Source: Tubulanus polymorphus
Taxonomy: Eukaryota > Animalia > Nemertea
Length of the DNA stretch: 64,000 nucleotides
NCBI RefSeq assembly: GCF_964204645.1
Contig: NC_134031.1
Location: forward strand, 18,545,910 to 18,609,909
Reading direction: 5' to 3'
In this document: in pieces, positions 1 through 12,600 of the stretch
Numbering within the stretch: the first letter of the stretch is position 1
Layout of the letters: each line of letters opens with the position of its first letter
Notes under the pieces: model-generated
What the model was told of the DNA's origin: nothing
The model's database searches: none
Seen by the model: only the letters and a program-made list of their open reading frames with translations
Translations under genes and position numbers: made by a program

Positions 1-851
1 ATTAAGATGTCGGTGAAAATGGCGAAAATGTTTTTCAATTCTGGATTTGTCCAGACAATAGGACTGAGGATAAATGTTGGGAATGTTGTAACCATGAAGA
101 ATATGCACAGTAACAGAACCAACACGGTTACCTGGTTCGAGTATTTCGATGCTTGAGTTGTTTCCGATTTGCCTTTTTTTCTTAATAAAGTGATAGAAGT
201 TATTGTGGACATGACAGTTAACGAAGTGAACGGGCCTATAGAGACAAGAATAGACGATAGCAAGGGTTTGGTAAATTCGGGAACATTTCTAATGATACAA
301 CCGTTGTCACTTATATCAATGGTTACAAATAAAAAACTAAAGCTCAACGCTTCAAAGCAAACTACGGAGAAACATAGTTTAGACGCTGTATTCGGGCTCC
401 AGAAACGAGGACCTCTAAACGGAAAACAAACGACACACATTCGCTCGGTAGCTACGAGGACCAGCGTCCACGGACTGCTCGAAAGACCAACTGTTACAAA
501 ATACTCAAGAAATATACATTGAATTCGAGTCGGCGGTTTGATCAGTAACCTTCCATAGAAAACGTAAGATATAACGTTTAAATACTTCATCGAATAAATG
601 AACAGAACTAAAGTGTCGCAGACGGCTAGTTGAACGAACATACGACTGAAAGAACGTCGCCATAGTTTACGTTGCCGCATAACTATCACGATGAGCAGAT
701 TACCGATGAATCCGAGAATAAAACAAAGACTAGCGAATACGAGGTAATACCAAAGGTAGATTCCGTTTATCGTAGTTGCAGCAATTACGATGGCTGTGTA
801 GATATTAGTGGGATATGTGCGATTCTGAAGATTAAGTAAAGCCACAGCCAT
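1..851 (-). CDS. Intronless rhodopsin-class (peptide-receptor/chemoreceptor-like) GPCR, copy A1; 3' end runs off the window
   Basis: ATG at 851 opens MAVALLNLQNRTYPTNIYTAIV...GFIGNLLIVIVM...LAVCDTL...LVATERMCVVCFP...FMVTTFPTFI...; no stop to position 1. Colinear paralog of 2692-3642. Absent from the ORF track because it has no stop in the window. Confidence 0.88.
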   Translation of the reverse strand, partial: MAVALLNLQNRTYPTNIYTAIVIAATTINGIYLWYYLVFASLCFILGFIGNLLIVIVMRQRKLWRRSFSRMFVQLAVCDTLVLFIYSMKYLNVISYVFYGRLLIKPPTRIQCIFLEYFVTVGLSSSPWTLVLVATERMCVVCFPFRGPRFWSPNTASKLCFSVVCFEALSFSFLFVTIDISDNGCIIRNVPEFTKPLLSSILVSIGPFTSLTVMSTITSITLLRKKGKSETTQASKYSNQVTVLVLLLCIFFMVTTFPTFILSPIVWTNPELKNIFAIFTDIL

Positions 852-1159
852 TGCAGTTGCCAGACAATACTCTCAATTACAGCTCACTAATTACTGAAAC
901 TATATCGAAAGTTATATAGATTTCACAAACGTCCGCGACTTCTTCTTTCTTTCGTAAATTTAAATGACCTTCAGTTTCCCTACTCGCGTCGTATATGAAA
1001 ATATCAAGGTAAATCAAATTGTCCCCAGAATCCAAAATATTCGTTAGTTCTTCAAAAACTGCACATTATGCTCACCGAAATATCTTATTCGACGCGTCAA
1101 ATCCGACGATATCGTTGATAAACACCCAAAACTAAAGCTAGGGACACATGCACATTATC

Positions 1160-1450
1160 TTACCAATATCATACTATCACATTTACACACATCAAACTAT
1201 CATATTTTACCTAGCTTTTTTCCCATACCATACTATCACATTTACCGATACCAAACTATCAAATTTACCTTTACCAAACTATCACATTTACACATATAAA
1301 CTATAAACAATAAACTATATCAAACTATCATATTTAATCTGACTTTTTACCCACCACCAAACTACCACAATTTACCCATATCAAGCTATGCTTTTACCAA
1401 ACTATCATGTTTTACCAAACTATCACATTTTACTTATATCAAACTCGAAT
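1160..1450. repeat. Degenerate ~20-bp tandem repeat (CAAACTATCACATTT-like) upstream of GPCR A1
   Basis: More than 10 imperfect copies of caaactatca(c/t)attt; a shorter relative lies at about 3905-4035 upstream of copy A2. Confidence 0.7.
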
Positions 1451-2691
1451 CAGAACATTTAACTATATACATATACTCATTTTACACACGCTGTTAGCAT
1501 AAAGACTATATTGCCGCAAGATGAACTGTAGTTACTGTATAAACTAAAAAATGTTTTAACCTAATGGTTGATTGAAGTCAGCTCTCCGTGTTTTCGTCGA
1601 GGAACTTGCAGTTCGTTTAGGAAATATCCGATTGTAAAACTTCACACAGTCAGAGGTTATCGGGAAATGATTAGATTCAATAAAATCATTAACTACAATT
1701 GATTGAAGTAGATTTATCAAATATATGTTTTATTTCGTTCTGTTGGTGATTTCGTGATCGATGGAATGCATTACAACTGCGAGGAATCGATCGGTCATCA
1801 ATGCCAGTTCCACATTTTCATCTCGAGTCCGGCCCGTCAAGAATCGTCGCAGAAATATATTCACATCCTACAGAACTCTAGGCTTATTATGGGATAATAA
1901 GTTTAAAACCATCTATATACAGAATCTAAAAGATTAAAAACGAATATTTTTTTCTATTTATGAAGAATTCAAATAAAAATATACGACCTTTCGAACTCTC
2001 AGTATAGAGGTGTACCCCTCATTTTCGTTTATTATTTTTAGCATTATTATTATTGGCATTACTATCGTTATCATTACCATCAATCTTCTTCTTTTTTTTC
2101 TCTAGGGGCCTGAACGTCCTAGTGATTGTACAGCCTTTGAGGCTCTGTTCAGGTCCCTCATCATCAATCTACTTATTTGTTATACATTATATTTGTAATT
2201 ATAATAGATGAGATGAAATAAATTACATTACATTACATTAAAAAATCTTTTAATCCGGGTTATTTTGGTAGGCCGCACCTATATTGCACGATGATATAAA
2301 CCTACTACCCCTACATGCGGTGTATATCCAAATTCCACATCTAAAGATAGATCAAATAAATGAAAATAGTTTACATGGAAATAATTGGTGCAGCTAGTGA
2401 CGCGCTTACGGTCAGTTCACAGTTAAGTATAGACGAACGGTCAGACACGGCAGGCTAGCCCGCGGTAATGACAGAAATAAACATTTCTAGCTGAAAGTTC
2501 CTTTCCTTTTTGTCAGAGTACGCCACTAGTCAGTCTCTCTTCCTCTCTCTTTCTCCCTTTCCGTCTCTCCCTCCCTATCTCTTCGATTTGCTTGTTATCT
2601 CTCTCCGTCACCGCCAGTCTTGACATCGGTTGGACTTGATGACGAGTTGTGCGGTTGTTTTGATACAGCAGTACTTTTAATTTGTGGCCGG

Positions 2692-3642
2692 TCACGACGG
2701 TTTCTTTTCGAAGATTAAATTCTGTAATTCGATTCTGATTTCTTTTCCCGTCATCAGATACAAGTAGAGATTTAGCGAGTAATTTATCATTAAAATGTCG
2801 GTGAAAACGGCGAAAATGTTTTTTAATTCTGGATTTGTCCAGACAAAAGGACTGAGGATGAATGTCGGGAATGTTGTAACCATAAAGAAGGCGCATAGTA
2901 ACAGAACCAACACGGTTACCTGGTTCGAGTATTTCGATGCTCGGGTTGTTTCCGATTTGCCTTTCTTTCTTAATAAAGTGATAGAAGTTATTGTTGACAT
3001 GATGGTTAACGAAGTGAACGGACCAATAGAGATGAGAATAGACGTTAGCAAAGGTTTGGTAAATGTAGGCACATTTTTGATGATACAACCGTTCTCACAA
3101 ACATCGATAGTTACAAATAGATAACAATTACTCAGCGCTACGAAGCAGATAACGGAGAAACATAGTTTAGAAGCAGTATTCGGGCTCCAGAAACGAGGAC
3201 CTCTAAACGGAAAACAAACGACACACATTCGTTCGGTAGCTACGAGGACCAGCGTCCACGGACTGCTCGAGAGACCAACTGATAGATAAAACTCAAAAAA
3301 TATACATTGAACTCGTGTTGACGGTTTGATCAGTAATTTCCTACCGTGAAATGTATAAGATATAACGTTGATGTATTTACTGAAATAAGCGCAGATGAGA
3401 ACCAAAGTGTCGCAGACGGCTAGTTGAACGAACATACGACTAAAAGAACGTCGCCATAGTTTACGTTGCAGCATAACTATCACGATGAGCAGATTACCGA
3501 TGAATCCGAAAACAAAACTAACACTGGCGAACACGAGGTAACACCACAGATAGGTTCCGTGCATCGTAGTTACAACCAGTACAATGGCCGTATAAACATT
3601 AGTGGGATTTGAGCGGTTCTGAGGAATGGAACTTGCAGTCAT
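2692..3642 (-). CDS. Intronless rhodopsin-class GPCR, copy A2 (~316 aa)
   Basis: Seven hydrophobic segments; TM1 GN, TM2 LAxxD, TM3-top Cys, ERM in place of DRY, TM6 FP, TM7 NYSLNLYLY; N-glycan sequon NRS. First ATG is at 3642 (the track start at 3654 is TTG). Confidence 0.9.
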   Translation of the reverse strand: MTASSIPQNRSNPTNVYTAIVLVVTTMHGTYLWCYLVFASVSFVFGFIGNLLIVIVMLQRKLWRRSFSRMFVQLAVCDTLVLICAYFSKYINVISYTFHGRKLLIKPSTRVQCIFFEFYLSVGLSSSPWTLVLVATERMCVVCFPFRGPRFWSPNTASKLCFSVICFVALSNCYLFVTIDVCENGCIIKNVPTFTKPLLTSILISIGPFTSLTIMSTITSITLLRKKGKSETTRASKYSNQVTVLVLLLCAFFMVTTFPTFILSPFVWTNPELKNIFAVFTDILMINYSLNLYLYLMTGKEIRIELQNLIFEKKPS

Positions 3643-4456
3643 TGCATCAACCAATCAAACTGTACTCTCAATTACAGCTCACTGATTATTGAAACTATAT
3701 CTAAAGTTATATACATTTCACAAACATCGACGACGCGCCTTCTTCGTTCGTCAGTTCAAATGACCTTCAGTTCTGTACCCAACGTTGTACATGAAAATAT
3801 CAAAGTAGTTTCTATTGTCCTCAGAATCTAAGACTGTACAATATGCCCATCGAATTATCATATTTGACGCGTCATTGATTAGACCCGAAAATAATGCACA
3901 TCATTTTACCAATATCAAATTGTCTCATTTACACGCATATTTAACCTAATTTTTTACCCATAGCAAATTATCACATCTACCCATAGCAAACTATCATGTT
4001 TTACCACACTCACATTTTTCCCATATCAAACTAGAATCAGAAGACACACATATGCATGTTCACACGGCACAAGGATGAAATCCTAAAAGTTTCCGTGAGC
4101 TAAAAGAAGTTTGTTCACGTTTCTACTTCATCCTTATAGTCAGTGGACTCTACTAGTTGAAGAAAATGTTGATTCTTAGCGTGGGATGTGGTAATCAATA
4201 CTAATAAATCTTTTACGTTTTAGATCAAGTTGATCCCTTCCTAATCATATAGAATTGTACAGTAATACGTCATTGTTATTCGATACGGAAACTGTTAAAT
4301 AACAATCAAGCATAAATTACTAATTCGTCAAATCGTAAATGTTGCTACGCTGAATGAACTGCAATGTTGTGGCCATGTTCTACCATCTGTTTGATATGAG
4401 TGTCCACTCACAACGAATCGACGAGCTGTCGCGATCTATCAGTAGCGAGAGTTACT

Positions 4457-4489
<33 letters not shown>

Positions 4490-5786
4490 TATAAAATTTT
4501 ATTTTACAAAAGGAAGGCTCCATAACAACTACATCACACTCACTGGAGTCAGGTGGGGGACTGAAGGATATTTACATCATATTCCAAGCAATCATAAATG
4601 TATATTTAATTCTTTTCAATTCGATTTAAACGTTATTCATTAACACTGGTTAGTAACAGTCGTATATATATAATAAGACAATTCAAACTGCATTAACTGG
4701 AACATTTCACTACACATCATACATACATCGTTTAACTCTTTCCAATATTTACACATTATCCGTAATGACACAAATTATTCTTTATATTTACAAAATAGAA
4801 ATACTTTTGTCTAGTATAGAAATATCAAGTCATCATTCACAGTCACATGTATAGTATGTATAAAACGATTTAATTGCTATTTACAGAAACCTAAACGCTC
4901 TTTTCTGACCTTACAAAATATCATTAATCGTACAGAGTGCTATTTCATTTATAAAGTTATTATTTCCGTTGCATCTGATCAGTGTTTCATTTTGAGTCCA
5001 AACATTAATATTTTTCCTAGCCGTAATCTCCTGTTTCAATCGTTTGGCTATAAAATTACGAGCATAATTTTTCATATCTAGTTCAGTTTCTCCTGCGCAT
5101 GCCTTGCGATGATTCTTATACAGTTACTGGTTATCGAACAGTTTACGCTTCCAATCTCTATTGCCTTTTTCATGAATTTTGTATCATATATCTCTCATAA
5201 CCGATAGGTGCGTACAACCAACCATCTTTAAAATACCTCTCAAACTACGATGTACGATATCAAAGTTCGAAAAAGCAGTGCCAGGAGCCGAACTAGTTCT
5301 ACACGTTGTGAGTCTTACTGACAACGATGATAACGTATATATTAGGGAAGGTTGTAATCTATTCGAAGATTAGTAATATACGGGGCCCGTGTTTAATCTA
5401 CGTTTAGCGCTGCACTGACGGCCATGTTTCTTGCTCGAATCAGATACACCTTCGCCATCTATCGGTTTGAAGATTCAACCTAACGTTTTGACATTGTGCC
5501 ACATGCGAGAAAAGTTCTAAGTAACTTAACGGGCCTACAATCTACACCAAAAATGAATACAGGAATGGAATTACTAGACTTTCAGTTTTATGTATATGTG
5601 GAATTCAATCGAACCAGCCTTAATGTTGACTAGAGAGCAGTAGGTTCCCTATCGATACAGAGTAAACGCACCTGAAACAATTCAAGCAATACCTGAATCG
5701 ATTTTTGTATTTACGCTTTACATGACCCATGCAAACTGTAATAAAAAAATGTTTTTTCGATTGAGTTCTATTTTTTTTCTATAACG

Positions 5787-5986
5787 TGTGGCTGATAGCT
5801 TTTTCGAGAAAAGGAAAAGTTTTGAATTCTCGCGCGAGAAAACCAAAATGTTTTGAATTCTCGCGTGAGAAAACCAAAAGTTTTGAATTCTCGCGCGAGA
5901 AAACCAAAAAACGGGCCAATGTGAAACATTTTTATCGTTGCTTTAGCCGTACAGAAAATTTTTCAGTATGGCCCGAATCAGCCACC
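5787..5986. mobile_element. Small MITE-like element with internal 30-bp tandem repeat
   Basis: Ends gtggctgat...atcagccac are inverted; 3 copies of ttttgaattctcgcgygagaaaaccaaaa; the right end (ttttcagtatggcccgaatcagccacc) recurs at about 45947-45973. Confidence 0.55.
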
Positions 5987-7342
5987 ATATGATAGCGGGG
6001 ACAAGGTCATTAGACAATTCATTTGCCAATCATATTTTGATTTCGCAACAGTTGCGATTTTGGAATCCTCGATTATCTTATCTTTAGTTGACGTCCTCCT
6101 GCGCACCTGCAATCCTTGCCAAGGTTGCTACGTTGATTATTCCAGAACCTTTTCGGTCCTGTAAATAAGTTGATACATCTTTTAAACTACTGGTCGTATG
6201 GAAATTCTGTGATGCTAGGTACCCATTCTAGAGGATGGGCTTTCCAGTGGTACCAAACATAATTAGTTTGGAGCGATTGATCTACGTTGAAAACGTGAAC
6301 TAACTAAATTTGATATGGATACGTGGAAATATATATGCAATGAATGTTGTAGTAGTTGATGTGCTACCGCTTGCTAGTGTAGCTTACTGGTTCATTATAC
6401 TTGCCAAGTGATTTCAATGTGATCGATGCCACGAAAGCATTGCGATTGAAATGTACGTAGGAGGAATTGAATCGTAGAAAACCGACTGAACTACTAGCGC
6501 CACGGGCGGATTCTCACTTGCCACATGTGGAATCCTTGACTGCTTGACGTCTGTCTGTGGTTGAATATGTTTTCCCAGTTATTTGCAGTTCCAGGTTTCT
6601 CACCCCGAATCAAGATTCGAACCCATGTCACCCGATTGACGACCGGCAATTTGTGGTTGAATTTTTTCATCTAATTTCTATATAAATTGTATTCATTGTG
6701 GCATTTCATAAAACCTTTTGATTTAAAAATTATTTTTCGCTTGCTGTGAATAATATTTGAACTTGTGCCGGATGTTTGGTAGATCGAATGATTTTCCTAT
6801 TTACTCTCAAACATCAATGAGTATTGACTGTTCAAAAATGAAACTGTATTTAAACTCGATGGAAATCAATGCTTTTTCATCTGGAAGCAGTGGCTGTGAA
6901 ACTTGCAGTTCTGTTCACGATTGTGAAAACCAAAGGTAAGACTATGATGACATATAGATGATATTCAGCATCGTTTGATACGGAAGCGTCCTGCGGAAAT
7001 ATTTCATATTTGCAAAAGAGAGATACAGAGGTCGTCCAGAGTTACCTACTCTTCTCAGTTCAGTTGATTTCGTAGCTTTATTCCGAATTTTTTTACACAC
7101 GTCACCATGAAAAAACATTGAACCTGTTGATTGTATTTTCATCGTTTTAACTGGTGAAATTTCACAGAAAAATGCGGTTTTGTTTTGATGAAATATAAGA
7201 ATTTTCAATCGTATAAAATGAAACTTGCGCTGAAATTCACTTAACATATTTTTCTCCAAAACTAGATAACAAAACTGGGCCGTACAGGGGCTGTTCATAA
7301 ACATTTAACTATTTTCAAATATTTTAGGTACGATAGAGGAGA

Positions 7343-8019
7343 ATGTCGATTAATCTGATGACTCGTGTTTGTCTAATCGCTGCCCTGTGCGCGTTCTGTA
7401 TTGTGTCAGTAAATGGTGGTAAGTTTACGATTGCTGAAAGGGCATTTTTGTGGAAGGGGATGTTACTGTGACGTCGTTAGTGTGATGCGAAACTATAAGT
7501 TTGCTTTGAATAGGAAAAATTTGGGTTTCGAAAAATGTATTTGTATCTAGCGAGAAAGAGCTCCTTCCTGGCTCGGTAGGGACTGGCCATATTGGTCAAG
7601 GATTTTGATGAAATTATTTGGGAAATCATTCGATCACGGCGTGAAAACATATTGAATGCTGAAAATCGATATCAAAGATGAAAAATAAAACGATATCACA
7701 ACAACGCCCTCGAACCTGTCCAGATACTGACTATATAGTACATTCATTATTCTGTGGTTGTATACGCAGGATGTATTGCTGGTGGATTCGACTGTAAAAA
7801 GTCTGGCGTCTCTTGCTGCCGCGGAAGATCTTGTGCCTACAAAAATACTTACACTAAACAGAGAACGTGTATAGCGTCATTTATAGCAAAAAAATTTAAC
7901 CAAGTACGTATGGGGTTTAAGATGAGGCATTCACAAATGCTCGACTCATGTGCGTCCATTCCGCGCCATGTGATTGATTTGCTGTCTGATATTGTGTTTT
8001 GCAGGCGGACAGGTCATAA
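7343..8019 (+). CDS. Secreted cystine-knot (knottin/ICK) toxin-like peptide precursor, 74 aa; exons 7343-7418, 7770-7903, 8005-8019
   Basis: Spliced product MSINLMTRVCLIAALCAFCIVSVNG-GCIAGGFDCKKSGVSCCRGRSCAYKNTYTKQRTC-IASFIAKKFNQADRS*. Signal-peptide exon ends in a phase-1 G|gtaagt donor; acceptors cgcag| and ttttgcag|; six Cys in C-C-CC-C-C order; AATAAA at 8110. Probable 5' UTR intron 6936-7328 (AAG|gtaaga ... ttttag|). Confidence 0.85.
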
Positions 8020-9629
8020 TCTATAGAATCCGGTCACCACACATGAACCGACTTCATTTGTAACTCGACCCAAGAATAATGGTTTTATATCTTCATTTAT
8101 AATGGATGAAATAAAACATTATTGAAGATTAAATTACGATCTTTACTTTATCATCATTGTTTCATACAATGTAGGGTTGAAGACTGATTGATGTCCAATC
8201 CGGTCAGCTTTGAGTGTCTTAATAGGAACGCAACACTATTGTATGTTATTTCTGTATTGCAGCATATTATCATGTAAGGATGCATTGGAGGATATCACAG
8301 AGTATAGTCAACGCAACATTTTTTTTTTGGGGGGGGGGGGTGAATTACATTTTCTTTTTGATTGCATACCCTACGTACTTACTGAACTTCAACAGAAGTT
8401 GATACAAACTTCGACTCTATCACTGAAAAACTCCAAATTTCTAATTTGCTAATTATGCTATCCAATGCTATCCCATGCGTTTCTATACGAAATCGGAATG
8501 TTACGTATTTCTGACGGCTTGTTATTTCTGCGCGTTTCCAGCCCTGTTCACGTTAAATTAATTTCCCGAACATCATTACACGTACCACCAGCGCGACGAC
8601 AGACTCTAATTGTATTGTCCATGTAATGAACCAGTTCAAAAGTGGTTAAAAATGTGGGCCGTGGAATTAATTACCACTGACTCGTTATTCATTCTTATTA
8701 GATCATGGCCTATATGGAAAAACACCGGCGATAATGGATTGCAGAATTATGCGGAACAAAACCAGTTTTGCCACAAGATCTCAGGAAATTGATTCAATTG
8801 AACATTTCTTACTCATGATCTATGAATCCATTTACGGGAATAACAAATTCAAAACCCCGGGCAGCTTTTTTCACTACCACGTTATATTTTGTTATAAAGT
8901 TCCAATACTGTCTGGCACAAATACAAAAATCTAAATTTCAAGCCGAGATTTTCAATTGAATGATAGCCAACAATCTGAGAAACGGTTATTGGGGCTACCG
9001 ATCTGAGAATCAATGGACACTTCTGCAAATTTATGTATAATTTTTAGAATCCGGATCCGTACTATTTGAACAAACTCGGTCCCTCTGTACACAGACAGAG
9101 TTCAATCTCCATGAATACGTAAACCAATAGAAAGCTCTTTTTCTCTATTTATTGTAGAAACCATTTAAAACGGCTGAGCGAACTCGTATAAGTTATAAAA
9201 TATGTTGAATGCAATAAGCGGCTTTTCGCTAAACCTCTCAGTAGCCTAGCTCCACTGTGCTAGTGCCGCTAGTGCCATTCAACGCAGGAATTTCATACAG
9301 TTTAGACCGACCACATAGTGTTAGTGCGCTGGCCGGATCGTCTCTCGTCTTACAAGCTCTCTTCTGGTATGTAGCCAATCTCTTTGTATACATTTGAAGT
9401 GTACGGGTATAACATCTTGGTTAAATATCGATCGTACGTCGGCGTTTCCATCGCGACAATTTTGAATAAATTGTCATTGTAGCGACTGCAGGCACTCTGA
9501 ATAGACGCGACGCAGACAACAGAGCTGCTCCCTGACGCACGCTCGCGAGAACACTCCTAGCGTTTTTTGATATTGTTGGATTATTGTCAACAGCACGTTC
9601 ATACATCGGTTAAATTTCGGTCGAGAAAA

Positions 9630-12600
9630 ATGAAAACGGAAAGCGAAAACGACGAGGATAATAAACTGAAAATTGTGGAGGAAGAAAGTGAAGTGATGAT
9701 TCAGGAGTCTGAACCGAAACGGGCAGAATGGGGTAAAGAGATCGATTTCTTTTTATCGTGTATTGGATACGCAGTCGGTCTCGGTAATGTATGGAGATTC
9801 CCGTATCTATGCATGCGCAATGGAGGCGGTGAGTAATGCACCATGACGTCATCCTTTCGAAGAATCGATTTATTTAAAAAAAGAAATGTTTTCAATTTAA
9901 AGCTATTGATTGAGCTCCTTTACGAGCTGAAGAATTCATATGCGAGTTTGCGTTTGAAAAAATGCTCTTTATTTGACTTGAACATATTCTTTTACTTATA
10001 TCAAGAATTTTGATGTCGACGTCTTTCGTCTAAATTTGAATATTTTATGCAAATTTTCAGCTCAACGTGTTGGTATCTAATTCCCCATTTCAACTTCTTC
10101 CGTTAAACGAAACTCGTGTTCTTTTCTTATATGTATAACGTATTACTTGCGACCAGTTGGAAATCGTTTGGCCATTATGCCTTCATATCGATTATCGATC
10201 TAATTTAAATATCTTATGCTAATTTTCAGGAGCGTTTCTGATACCGTATTTTACGTTCATGGTCCTTGCGGGGATGCCTCTGTATTTCCTCGAAATGGCC
10301 ATCGGGCAATACTCTGGAAAAAGCCCGATCACAGTATTTGACATTTGCCCGATGTTTACAGGTAAATAGTGATTGTAAACTTTGAATTTTAAGTCGACAT
10401 GTCTACTATTTTCATATAAATTACAACAGAACAAAAACTGTAGCCCCCGAGGGTTAAAATATCATATATATCGCGAAATAAAGTTCTTATCGAAATAGTT
10501 TTTTTTCATATTGAAATTCGACGAATAATGACTTAGACGATCTATGAACAAGAATATTAGAAAATTACCAGATTTCTTCATGATATTTCTAAAGCTTTGA
10601 ATCTGGTTTAGAGTTTGTTTTGTATACAAATATCAATATTGTAAAACGCTTTACCAACTTGGCGATTATGATTTCGAGCGAGATTTCCATCTATTTGTTA
10701 ATTTCACCTATATTCCAATATGGCTCCATTTTTGTATAGACTCAATACGGTAGAAATAACACTTTGAAATGCAAACAAAGGCAGGCTGTTCAAATATCAC
10801 CCTGACTCATGCATTATGTAAATGAAAACCCCGACAATATTATTCAGTTTCAATTTTGCGCTGACAAATCGACCAAAAATGTACTCTAGTGGTGAAGAGA
10901 TCATTAACATGACGCCATTTTGGATGTCTAAGCGGCTGAAAAGTCACGGTTTGACGGACATGGTGTCATAAAACAATCCTCGAAAACGTAAATATCCCAT
11001 AGTTTTAGTTGGGATTTTTTGATTGGTGTTTTAGAATTAGATTTCCCCGGGGCCCAATTTCTCGAAAGAAAATGATTTATGCATAGTTGCCATAGACACA
11101 TGCGTTGGAGCGCACGGTTCCGACTCGGAGAGCTCCTTCGTGTGGCGAGACTGAGTGATAATAAGTGAAAGAACAGCCTCTTACAGCATCTTAGATTCTG
11201 ACGTGAAACAAAAGAATTTCAGCAAAAAAGACTAATCTGCGCCGTTCTCTCAGCGTTTCGCTTTTAAAAAGGCGGCAGTTATCATGTTCAAAAGGCGTTC
11301 AGTTTACGAGATAGATTGCTATTTACATGCACTTGTAAACAAAAACAACGTGTATTCTAATACATAACCACGCGCGACTTAACTTCCTTTATCGGTGAAT
11401 CGAGTCCGTGTGAAATCCCTCAAAGAGAAGAATAGTCGTTATATTCATGATTTCACATTACAATTCTCTGTAAGCATTACGTATTGATTCATAGCCATCT
11501 CTATGACAAATCATTAATTGCATAAGATGGGATAGCTTAAGTATATTAACAATTGAGAATTTTGCTTTTATATTTTTCTTCCGATTTCGCGCTGTAATGC
11601 TGCTACAGCCGAAACAACCTCCCCGAAAGTAAGATCTCTTTGCCGTAGAAACGGTATAAAAAACGATGGTAGATTGATATATAACTGTATATAATAGAAG
11701 AAAATAATGCAAAACGTTAGGAAAATGATGTCCTTGAATTAAAAGCAAAACATATACATCAAGGAACTCCGACCTGGTTGTCAGATAGATGAAGCATAAA
11801 GCCTTCAGGGTACACGCGTACTTAGACTCACGGGAGCAATAGCAGCGAATTGTTAAAAACAAAATAAACAAACAACAATTTTCTTTTCGTTCATGTAACT
11901 AATGTTTAGAGTTCATGAACGCGTTCGGTTATTTCCGTCTTTGCTTGAAGAACTTGGCGAAGTTTCTTATGTGTTTTTATCGAATTTTATCGCTATTAGA
12001 ACAACGTCTTAAGTCGTAAACCGCGCAAAGGCAGATAGCACTTAACGCTCTGTTTAAAGGGATTGAAAGAAACTTAATGGGCGCATTAGAAACACCTTGT
12101 ATCTTATTGTACGTAATCTTCACAGATTTGAAATCAGAAATCATCGACGATTATTGAATCGATAATTCAATCGGATTGAAAATTCAAAATTTATATTTGA
12201 TGAAAGATTATTTCCAATGTGTTATAGAACCTGACATAGTAATCAGATTAAATGATAATGGGAATGATAGTAATTGATGTTAGACGATCAATTAATCATT
12301 CCATTACTGAGGGATATTCTCCTGATGAATGAATGGTGGTGACCGTATACTCGAAATAGATTCCGCTCAAGTCGGCTCTTTCGGGACCGTAGTAAACTGT
12401 CCGACTTGAGCGATATCCGAGTCGGATGTTATATATTTCATAGTGTCACGAACAACAAACATCCGAGTTGAACGGTAAATCCGAGTTGAACGGTAAATCC
12501 GAGTTGAACGGTAAATCCGAGTCGTTAAGATCCGACTCAAGCGGAGTTTACTGTTTATACAATATTGCTTCGCGTGTCTTGAGATTTCTGATTTTTTCAG

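Noticed and set aside
169-3124. ORFs 169-522, 2513-3088 and 2795-3124
   Set aside because: Antisense or alternate-frame shadows of the GPCR genes.
6605-6650. tRNA gene (B-box on minus strand; similar motif at about 33750)
   Set aside because: No complete cloverleaf; at most a decayed SINE head.
7754-8026. 90-aa unspliced ORF as the real product
   Set aside because: It has a GTG start and reads through intron sequence; the spliced model supplies an ATG, a signal peptide and canonical splice sites.
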